Assembly (NCBI GenBank): GCA_002269645.1 | Contig: NIVC01001560.1 | Location: 14,338-78,337 of the forward strand | DNA length: 64,000 nucleotides | Direction: 5' to 3' | DNA from: Macrostomum lignano | Lineage: Eukaryota | Part shown: piece after piece, positions 1 to 10,334 of the stretch | How positions within the stretch are numbered: position 1 is the stretch's first letter | How the letters are laid out: every line of letters begins with the position of its first letter | Made by a program: the position numbers and the translations under genes | Notes under the pieces: model-generated | What the model was told of the DNA's origin: nothing | What the model saw: the letters and a program-made list of their open reading frames with translations, nothing else | The model's database searches: none

Positions 1-2345
1 ACTGAAATCATTGTGTCTATCGTAGACTCCGCTTCAGTGTCTATGGGGTAGACTCCGCTTCAGTGTCTATGGGGTAGACTCCGTTTCAGTGTCTATGGGG
101 CAGACTCCGCTTCAGTGTCTATGGGGCAGACTCCGCTTCAGTGTCTATGGGGTAGACTCCGCTTCAGTGTCTATGGGGTAGACTCCGCTTCAGTGTCTAT
201 GGGGTAGACTCCGCTTCAGTGTCGATGGGGTAGACTCCGCTTCAGTGTCTATGGTAGACTCCACTTCAGTTTCTATGGGGTAGACTCCGCTTCAGTGTTT
301 ATGGTAGACTCCACTTCAGTGTCTATGGTAGACTCCACTTCAGTTTCTATGGTAAACTCCGCTTCAGTGTCTATGGGGTAGACTCCGTTTCAGTGTCTAT
401 GGGGTAGACTCCGTTTCAGTGTCTATGGGGCAGACTCCGCTTCAGTGTCTATGGGGCAGACTCCGCTTCAGTGTCTATGGGGTAGACTCCGCTTCAGTGT
501 CTATGGGGTAGACTCCGCTTCAGTGTCTATGGGGTAGACTCCGCTTCAGTGTCGATGGGGTAGACTCCGCTTCAGTGTCTATGGTAGACTCCACTTCAGT
601 TTCTATGGGGTAGACTCCGCTTCAGTGTTTATGGTAGACTCCACTTCAGTGTCTATGGTAGACTCCACTTCAGTTTCTATGGTAAACTCCGCTTCAGTGT
701 CTATGGGGTAGACTCCGCTTCAGTGTCTATGGGGTAGACTCCGCTTCAGTGTTTATGGTAGACTCCACTTCAGTGTCTATGGTAGACTCCACTTCAGTTT
801 CTATGGTAAACTCCGCTTCAGTGTCTATGGGGTAGACTCCGCTTCAGTGTCTATGGGGTAGACTCCGCTTCAGTGTCTATGGGGTAGACTCCGCTTCAGT
901 GTCTATGGGGTAGACTCCGCTTCAGTGTCTATGGGGTGGACTCCGTTTCAGTGTCGATGGTAGATTTCGCTTCAGTGTCGATGGGGTAGACTCCGTTTCA
1001 GTGTCTATGGGGTAGACTCCGCTTCAGTGTCTATGGGGTAGACTCCGCTTCAGTGTCTATGGGGTGGACTCCGTTTCAGTGTCGATGGTAGATTTCGCTT
1101 CAGTGTCAATGGGGTAGACTCCGCTTCAGTGTCTATGGGGTAGACTCCGTTTCAGTGTCTATGGGGTAGACTCCGCTTCAGTGTCTATGGGGTAGACTCC
1201 GCTTCAGTGTCTATGGGGTAGACTCCGCTTCAGTGTCTATGGGGTAGACTCCGCTTCAGTATCTATGGGGTAGACTCCGCTTCAGTGTCTATGGGGTAGA
1301 CTCCGTTTCAGTGTCGATGGTAGATTTCGCTTCAGTGTCTATGGGGTAGACTCCGCTTCAGTGTCTATGGGGTAGACTCCGTTTCAGTGTCGATGGTAGA
1401 TTTCGCTTCAGTGTCTATGGGGTAGACTCCGCTTCAGTGTCTATGGTAGACTCCACTTCAGTTTCTAGGGTAAACTCCGCTTCAGTGTTTATGGTAGACT
1501 CCACTTCAGTGTCTATGGTAGACTCCACTTCAGTTTCTATGGTAAACTCCGCTTCAGTGTCTATGGGGTAGACTCCGCTTCAGTGTCTATGGGGTAGACT
1601 CCGCTTCAGTGTCTATGGGGTAGACTCCGTTTCAGTGTCTATGGGGTAGACTCCGCTTCAGTGTCTATGGGGTAGACTCCGCTTCAGTGTCTATGGGGTA
1701 GACTCCGCTTCAGTGTCTATGGGGTAGACTCCGCTTCAGTGTCTATGGGGTAGACTCCGTTTCAGTGTCTATGGGGTAGACTCCGCTTCAGTGTCTATGG
1801 GGTAGACTCCGCTTCAGTGTCTATGGGGTAGACTCCGCTTCAGTGTCTATGAGGTAGACTCCGTTTCAGTGTCTATGGGGTAGACTCCGCTTCAGTGTCT
1901 ATGGTGCAGACTCCGCTTCAGTGTCTATGGGGTAGACTCCGCTTCAGTGTCTATGGGGTAGACTCCGTTTCAGTGTCTATGGGGTAGACTCCGCTTCAGT
2001 GTCGATGGGGTAGACTTCACTTCAGTGTCTATGGTAGACTCCACTTCAGTTTCTATGGTAAACTCCGCTTCAGTGTTTATGGTAGACTTCACTTCAGTGT
2101 CTATGGTAGACTCCACTTCAGTTTCTATGGTAAACTCCGCTTCAGTGTTTATGGTAGACTTCACTTCAGTGTCTATGGTAGACTCCACTTCTGTTTCTAT
2201 GGTAAACTCCGCTTCAGTGTTTATGGTAGACTTCACTTCAGTGTCTATGGTAGACTCCACTTCAGTTTCTATGGTAAACTCCGCTTCAGTGTTTATGGTA
2301 GATTCCGCTTCAGTGTATTTTACGGTAGATTTAGCTTCAGTGCCG
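1..2345. repeat. Minisatellite of mixed 26-bp (actccgcttcagtgtctatggggtag) and 24-bp units
   Basis: Direct tandem periodicity. A higher-order ~330-bp duplication is visible (the cagactcc variant pair at 101/127 recurs at 431/457). The array probably extends beyond the window start. Confidence 0.97.
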
Positions 2346-3569
2346 ATAGAACAAACATGAGTCCCTAAGTCTACAATTTCTCCCTAAGTCCCCAAGTCAG
2401 CAGCATCCAAGCGCCAGCACTAGTCCAGCAATTTGTTCACCCCAAGCACAGCATAGGCCAGGGCGGTCAGTCGGAAACGACAGCTGCAGCCACGCACACT
2501 ACTGAGCGACATCGTGGCGCCAGGGATCATTGATCCATAATTGCCAAAAGCAGAGGCAACAGGATTCTTACAACACAACAACAGCGCATCCTTCGCCCCT
2601 AGGCTCCCTTCTCATCTTCTTTTCTATGTATCTCCATGTATCTCCCATCCTAGTTGCTGGCGCCGTCGCTCTGAGGGAATCAAGAAGGAGAGTTGGGGGG
2701 GGGGTGCAACAAATTCTTTTGTTTTCAAGAACTCTTCCTCTTCTCCCTGCTATCTGCTTCTGTCTGTTTCAGTATGCGCGCCCTCTCCCCCCCTCTCATA
2801 CTCACCTGTCCGCCTAACGCAGGTTTGGCCCGGCTTAGCGTCTTCAAGCTCAGGTCGCCGCGAGAATGACTGATGGGCCCTGGCCGCGAAGGAGAGGGAA
2901 ATCGCGGCCGACCCTAGCAGCGCCGCTGGCCTCCCGCTCCCCCAGCCTCCTCCCAGCGTTCCAAGCTGGAGTTTCCGGGACCAGACCCCGGGCCTCAAAC
3001 TTCATCAGCCGCAGCTTACTCGGGTCACAACAATGGGATGCAAAATCCGCCAGGACGATTTGAAGGCTTCTAAGGTTGGCTCCTCCAGAGGGTTCCAACT
3101 CCTTCTGAGTTCTGCTCAAAGACGGATGCAGAGTGAAGGACGGCGCGAGCCTCAAGTGACTGAGTGCGATTACCCAATGCCTCACACAGCGCCTTGCCAG
3201 ACAAGAACCCTTCCCACTGAGAGGTGCCACCCGACCCTGAGATCCCCGAGTCCTGTTCTAAGCTCGCATATCCTCCTTTTTGACTCTCTGTCTCTCTCTC
3301 CATCTAACGCTTCATCTTTTCAGCTTCGCGAAATAAGTGCCATTTTAGCTAAGCTCAGACACTTGAGCGAGCAACTCGTGTCTCAGCTCCATTGTCAACC
3401 CCTCTGCTCCCCGTTCCCACTTAGTAGCTCCAGTCACTGCGCGGGCTGATCTGGCCCGCCAGCAACAAAGAACTTCCAGGTTCTCCTCTGGTTTGACTTG
3501 CCAACTATTTTTATATCTAAATTGAACTAGTAAGTCATTTCATTGATTTTATTTCTCTTCAAAAACTTG

Positions 3570-4298
3570 GCGAGCAATGTATCAAATTATAAGTCACCAA
3601 TTTTAGCGCCAAATATATCAAATTATAAGTCACCAATTTTAGCGCCAAATATATCAAATTATAAGTCACCAATTTTAGCGCCAAATATATCAAATTATAA
3701 GTCACCAATTTTAGCGCCAAATATATCAAATTATAAGTCACCAATTTTAGCGCCAAATATATCAAATTATAAGTCACCAATTTTAGCGCCAAATATATCA
3801 AATTATAAGTCGCCAATTTTAGCGCCAAATATATCAAATTATAAGTCACCAATTTTAGCGCCAAATATATCAAATTATAAGTCACCAATTTTAGCGCCAA
3901 ATATATCAAATTATAAGTCACCAATTTTAGCGCCAAATGTATCAAATTATAAGTCGCCAATTTTAGCGCCAAATATATCAAATTATAAGTCACCAATTTT
4001 AGCGCCAAATATATCAAATTATAAGTCACCAATTTTAGCGCCAAATGTATCAAATTATAAGTCGCCAATTTTAGCGCCAAATATATCAAATTATAAGTCA
4101 CCAATTTTAGCGCCAAATATATCAAATTATAAGTCACCAATTTTAGCGCCAAATATATCAAATTATAAGTCACCAATTTTAGCGCCAAATATATCAAATT
4201 ATAAGTCACCAATTTTAGCGCCAAATATATCAAATTATAAGTCACCAATTTTAGCGCCAAATATATCAAATTATAAGTCACCAATTTTAGCGCCAAAC
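3570..4298. repeat. 36-bp AT-rich minisatellite (atatatcaaattataagtcaccaattttagcgccaa), ~20 copies
   Basis: Near-identical tandem units ending ~190 bp upstream of the ATG at 4492. Confidence 0.97.
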
Positions 4299-4491
4299 TA
4301 GCCAATGAAGATGGCCCAACCATCCTCAGCCACTTATCGGTATCCAAGGAAACAAAAATATCAAATAAATGAACCCAGTCTCAACATGAAAGCTTAACTC
4401 CCAGAGCAGTCTGAGCTCCCTAAGATTAACATCCGAAGAAGCTGAGGATTTCACAGGTGAAGACAAGCGGAGAAATTCGAAACATTTGGAA

Positions 4492-6255
4492 ATGCCAGCT
4501 GGAATTCTAGCGCTGCTGTTCGGCTGCATGGCTACCGTGACAGGTGAGGCTTCTCATGCATGTTTGTCAAATGCACTGAGCGCCTGCGAATGCGTAACGT
4601 AGTCTCTATTTAACTAAATCTGAATAGATTTCTAAACCTACAAAACATCAAGAATTGAAAATTTTTAGAGTTGTCAACCACCTTTGTAAACTGCTGTGAT
4701 GGCGCAGCCACAGTTTTCAATGCACAGAATCTCCTCCAACCAACAGGTGCGAACCGATCCGGCTGCTTCACTGCCGTCACCGGACCCGTCCTGATCAGCG
4801 AAACCTCCAGCAGCGAACTCGTCAACCTGACTGGCGTCCAGGCCCGGCTGGAGTGTCTGGCAGCTTGCCAACGCAAGGGCTGCCTGCTGGCTTCGCTCAT
4901 TCCCAGCTCGCGCGTCTGCCAGCTGCTGCTGCTGAACGACGCGTCTCAGGCGCCGGGACCGGCTGGGACTCACGAGCAGAGACTCGTGGGCTCCGAGCCC
5001 GGCGCCAGGCTGTGGGCGGCCGAGAACTTCACGGAGCTGATGCTGATGAGGAAGAGGATGCTGAACGTCACCATTGAGCTCAAAAGTGAGGAAAAGCTCA
5101 TGTTTGCAAAGTTTCTGTGCTTCAAGCATTTGCTGCACCTTGACATCTGATCTGCAGCGCCTTCTTTCACTGCAGACAGCGGCACGGGCAGGGCCGGCTC
5201 CATTCAGTCCGTGACGATCCCCTCGACCGGCTGCTATTGGATCGAAGTGTCGGGCGCCAGAGGCGGCACCAACTCCTTCTCAGGCAAGGCTGGCGGCAGT
5301 GGCGCCTTCGTGTCCGGCGCCTTCAACCTGACGGCCGGCACCCAGCTGAGCGTCGTGGTCGGACAGGCCGGCGGTCCGCCTAGCTCGAAGTACAAGGGAG
5401 GCGGCGGAGGCGGCGGCAGCTTCGTGTACCGGACGGCAGACGAGCTGCTGCTGGCTGCAGCCGGAGGCGGCGGTGCCGGGACCTACAGCTCAGCTGGTGA
5501 GTCAAAAATTCTTCAGGAAAAACTGCAGAAAGCAAATCTTCTAAAAGCTCTCCGACTTTTAAGTGTTTAGCTTATTCTTGTGCCTGGTTTGCAGTTGATG
5601 TCAATTTTCGATAGAGTTGACATCAGGTCCGAACACGAAATCAGTTCGATTCCATGTGGCAAAAAACTTGAACTTACCAAATTGGGCTGCTCAAATTTTA
5701 TTTGTTTTTGTTGGCCGGTTATATTGGATTTATTGAAGGTGAGCCATGAGCAACGAATTTGCAGGCCTGCCCGGAGAGGCCGGCGTCAACGGCTCCATCG
5801 CGGATCTGAGCGGAAACCAAAACAGCCACGGCGGCAGCAACGGACAGCCGGGCTTCCACGACTCCAGCGCCATGACCGGCAACCAGAACCTCGCTGGCTG
5901 CGGCGCCGGCTGGCTGGGGAAGCCGGTGTGCACCAGGCGGGGACCGGACGACGGTGACGGAGGCGGCAGTCGGGCTGAAGGCTGGCTGGGCGGGGACGCT
6001 GGCGGCTCCAACACCGGCAACGGCGGGTTCGGCGGCGGTGGAGGCGGCGGCACGACAAACCCCAACTTTGGCGCTGCCGGGGCCGGCGGCGGCTTCAGCG
6101 GAGGCGCCACCAACTTCTGGGCGAGCTACCCAGGAGGCGGCGGCGGCTCCTTCTGCTCCGGCAGCGGCTGCAGCGGCACCACGGGCGGCAGCGCCAGTCA
6201 GCACGGCCTGGTGGTCATCCGGCTGGTCGAGCCGCTGAGCAACTCTTGCGAGTGA
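4492..6255 (+). CDS. Secreted protein: signal peptide + PAN/apple-like module + ALK/LTK-type glycine-rich domain; 4 exons
   Basis: Exons 4492-4543, 4669-5085, 5176-5496 and 5744-6255, all joined by GT..AG phase-1 introns. Signal-like MPAGILALLFGCMATVT. PAN-like CLAACQRKGC...C. GRD motifs SIQSVTIPSTGCYWIEVSGARGG, GAFVSGAFNLTAGTQLSVVVGQ, GGGGGGSFV, LLLAAAGGGG, GGFGGGGGG and HGLVVIR. The exon 4 acceptor is uncertain. Confidence 0.82.
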
Positions 6256-6874
6256 CGTTTTCATGGAAACTGGACATTGTCCAGCGAAACTGAGACTGCG
6301 TTGTTGTAGGAGTGGAATACTGTGCAGTTTTTAGAGAAATTTTCAGGTCTTTACTTTTTTATTAACGACTGTTTCCGCTACAAGCCGAACACTATCAAGT
6401 CTAGGTGAAGTGGATAGACTTTGGCACCTGCTTTTATGCCTATTATGATTGACTCGTGCGAGACCAGTAAATTAGCAATAATCCTTGCCTCAGTTTAATC
6501 TCGTGTTGTATTCTTGCACTTTTGTTTCAGTGCAACGACAGGGCACCCCATCCTTTAGTCGTTGTGGTGACTCAGTTAGTTAGTCCCCCCTTGCGTCTTG
6601 GCTCAAGCTGTGGCGCTTCATGCGCCATGCACAAGACTGAGTTTTCGTATGGCTTAATCTTTAGCCGTTAGTAGTTTAACCCCCCTTTCCCAGTTCTCCT
6701 TATTGTCACAAATTTTGTGTCTTGCGTGTACTTTTTGTTGTTTACTACATTTCTGATTGGCTGGGCCGGCGGCGGGCTGGTGTTTCCTTTCCCCTTTTGG
6801 TGGGGTGGACCCCCCTTCCTCGGGCCGTGGCGCGGGGTTTCGCTTTTTCGTGCTTTGATTCACTCTCCTCGTCA

Positions 6875-7010
6875 GCCGGAAAGCTCTTACTGCGAAGTCT
6901 CAATCTAGTGCGATTTGCACACTGAAACACTGAATAAAGAGAAACCAAGTCCCGTTAGAGACATACTGAGGCTTAACGGCCCGCGTGTGCCAGCGCCTGT
7001 TGCCAATTGG
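6875..7010 (+). other. Spliced-leader-like sequence (6875-6911) heading a putative non-coding first exon that ends at a GTGAGT donor (7011)
   Basis: gccggaaag-ctcttactgcgaagtctcaatctagtgc resembles the Macrostomum SL as I recall it (GCCGTAAAGACGGTCTCTTACTGCGAAGACTCAATTTATTGCATG): 25/28 in the core and 8/9 at the 5' end, with a 5-nt gap. A reverse CCAAT box and GC-rich tract lie upstream (6740-6870). Confidence 0.6.
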
Positions 7011-7867
7011 GTGAGTATGCTGCTCTGCGTTCATTCTTTCTGTTGTCTTGGGATTCGGAGCTACGACTAACTAACGTAGAATAGAGGGTTACACTGGTAC
7101 GGCACTTGCTTTATTGTACGCCTGTCTGCACTACCCCAGACATCACGGGTCTGTGTATCAATACTGTAGCCTGTTGGCTTTGGATCCAGGGATACACTAC
7201 TCTCTTGACATCTGAAATACTTTAGTTTGTTAGTAGTTCTTATGAAGGGGTTTAAATTTGCATTTTTCACTTCCTCCACAATCCCATTAAGTCTTAAAAG
7301 GCTCATTAAAACAATTAAAAGGCTCATTTTCTTAAAAAAAACATTTCAGGAATCAGGATTCACCATGAGAAACCATTTAAGAATCGGCACTTTGACACCC
7401 TACTTTGGCACCTGTCCGTCTCAATAAGATATATATATAGACAGGGAAGAGCGCTGAGTCTCCAGCAGACCTTGCAGGCGGCTGATGCACCCAAATCCTT
7501 GCGATGGTGTTGGGGTAGACAGCCGCAGCATTAATTTCACACCCTAATGGAACAGCCCAGCACAGACTGCACATCCATACACTGTTGCTGCAATATCTGC
7601 GCCTGGTTAAGCAGGTAAAATCTCTACCTGAAGATGTATTTATATTAGCAGATACGTTAGTATTTTTATAAGAATATGAATTCACGCTCTACCTATGAGC
7701 TGGTTATTCCAATCCGGTATGCGTAAGCAAGGCGTATTCGTGCATTCTCTATCCAAAAGGATTCCGTAGGAAACCATGCTTACCATTTCCGTGCTGTGAA
7801 ATGCACGCTTGTGTCACTGAAACACGGGTTGAGCTGCGCATTAGCCCTCTAAACTGCTTGAATACTG

Positions 7868-8115
7868 GAATCATGAGAATCCTGAGATCTTGAGAATCCT
7901 GAGAATCCTGAGAATCATGAGAATCCTGAGAATCCTGAGAATCCTGAGAATCCTGAGAATCCTGAGAATCCTGAGAATCATGAGAATCCTGAGAATCCTG
8001 AGAATCCTGAGAATCATGAGAATCCTGTAAATCCTGAGAATCCTGAGAATCATGAGAATCCTGTAAATCCTGAGAATCCTGAGAACCATGAGAATCATGA
8101 GAACCATGAGAATCT
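7868..8115. repeat. 9-bp tandem repeat (gagaatcct), ~27 copies
   Basis: Direct periodicity with cat/taa variants. Confidence 0.95.
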
Positions 8116-9833
8116 GATGCATAGAATTCCTTCATTTTGAAATTGCAAGAAGATATTTTGGAGAAGAGAACTGCTAGAAGCTTCTCTTAGAGGTTAGATG
8201 TTCTCACAGATTGTCAAATTTTGATTTTGTCTGTCAATCATTAGAATTAGCTATACGAGTATTAGACCTTACACCGAGAGCCGAGCTCTGGTATAGATGA
8301 TATTTCAATTGATTGACAATCCGAGTCTCAGTGCACAGGAAATTTACTGCTTAAATTTAGGCAAATATCCCGGATCCGCTGCTTCAAGCTGCTGAAAAAA
8401 ATTCAGCCAGAGATTCTGCAGCCAATACAGGGAGAATTAATTTCAATTAAATGAAATCTTGAGTGGAGCCCCGGAGACACTGGCTGGCAATCAGGGGGGG
8501 AGGGGGGGGTGAGCGAGATGAGGCAGCAGTGGTGCAGCGCTGCTCATGGCCTCCTTTTGTTGAGTAAGATAAAAGCAGAATCTGCAACAAGTGATCCGCC
8601 TTTTTTCATTGCCCGTGACAAAGCCTGATGGCTGCGGGCGATCCGCCATTTCAATCAGGGGGATTGGGGACGGAGGCCTACCAAACGATGGGGGGATTGA
8701 GAAAAAAATGTGACAGTCAAGGCTGAGATTTTTCTTTATTCCTTCTTTTAGAAGCAGAAAAGGAGCTGCCCCGCCCGAAACTGCGCCGCTGATTATCTTT
8801 GGCACAAAGACCGCGAGGTCTCCTCAATTGAATTCTAAAGAAGCAGATTTTGGAAATCTGCGTGACTCAAAATCTGGCATGTGGCTGACCAATGCGAATC
8901 CACAATGAGAGATTCGAATCTTCTGTTTGCTGCTTTCAATTCTGATGAAGAATGCAAAAAAATTGAAACTGCGGAAGGGAGAGGTGGAAGAGAATGAAAA
9001 ATGCTAAGAAATTGAAATTTTATAAAAGACAAAAAACAAGTGTTGCATCATTCTGGATTGTCGTTTTGGATTTTCACAATGCACAACAGATTTCATTTCA
9101 TAAAGTTGTATGCATAGTAGGATATGTGTGTGTGTATTTATGCATATAGAAATATTTTATGCCAGTGTGTTAAAAATCTTCTTTCACAAGCAAGCGCAAG
9201 CAATCGAACAAAGGGAAGGAACATCTTGTCGTTAAAGCGCAGACAAGATCAGTGATTCACCCTTTCTGTTTCAGAAAGGATTAAACTGTTTCAGAAGCCA
9301 CAATAGAAAAAAAGTGGTTTTAAGCTTGGAACGGACTCTGATGGAGCTGCTGGTACAGGATAGTCAAAATGCAGGTGCCATCACTCAGATGCTTAAAATT
9401 TGAATTTTCCCTTAGTAACCAGCTGATAAAAAACTGATTTTGGAATAAATATGCGCTGATTGACAGATCGAAAAAAGTGGCCGATTGAAGACGGAAACGC
9501 AAACGCAGAAAAAAAGACGATGCTTTTCGGACAGGGAATGTGGGGTCCAAGCGGATCCTTTGCGCAGAGACAACAACTGCTCAACACCTGAAAGTTGGCC
9601 AGCAAAAGACGAGAGAAGCAACAGAAACCAATTAACAATAAGCGAATGACAGCAATAATATAATAACTAGTTAATAATATGCACAGTTATCTGACGAGCA
9701 CGAGACGGGGAGATGAAAGCAAACACAGCGGGAACTGGGGCCGAGTCAAGTAATAATTATAACAAACAAAATCCAAACTCTTCATTGGTCTGTGCACTCT
9801 CTGCTTGTCTGTCTGCGTCCATCTGGTCTCAGC

Positions 9834-10259
9834 TCATATGCTTCCGATGGTGGGCAGATTGTCGGGACTGCTCTGACCATTCTGCATGTACTGCATGCAC
9901 AGGTGCTCGGCGAATCCTGCCTGAACCAGCGGGGTCGGAGACTGGCTGCCACCGCCGCCGCCACCGATGCTGCCTGCTGGACTGCCGGCGCTGCCAGTCT
10001 CCTGTTTGAGCATGTAGGAGGAGGCCGCGGCGGCGGCGGCTGTCATGTAGCCGGGGCCGCCAACCATTCCTGACATGCCTGGAGCTGCGTAGGCGGCGTA
10101 GGCGGCTGGCAGGTGCGGCAGGTAGCTGCCATAGTGCGACATGTTCATCATGTTGGAGGCGGCTGCCTGCTGCTGCTGCTGCTGGTGATGATGATGGTAG
10201 GCCGCAGTCGGATCCATGCTGCCCAGATGATGATGGTGATGATGGTACTGCTGCGGTTG

Positions 10260-10334
<75 letters not shown>

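Noticed and set aside
2530-3449. Overlapping ORFs with acceptor-like sites (2822, 3322)
   Set aside because: No recognisable domain and no consistent exon chain.
3543-4301. Long ORFs through tandem arrays (also 12023-13226, 20053-21038, 24778-25916, 30741-32272, 37751-38727, 50926-51704, 54495-55214, 56427-56942)
   Set aside because: Stop-free by virtue of repeat periodicity; several lie inside introns of recognisable genes.
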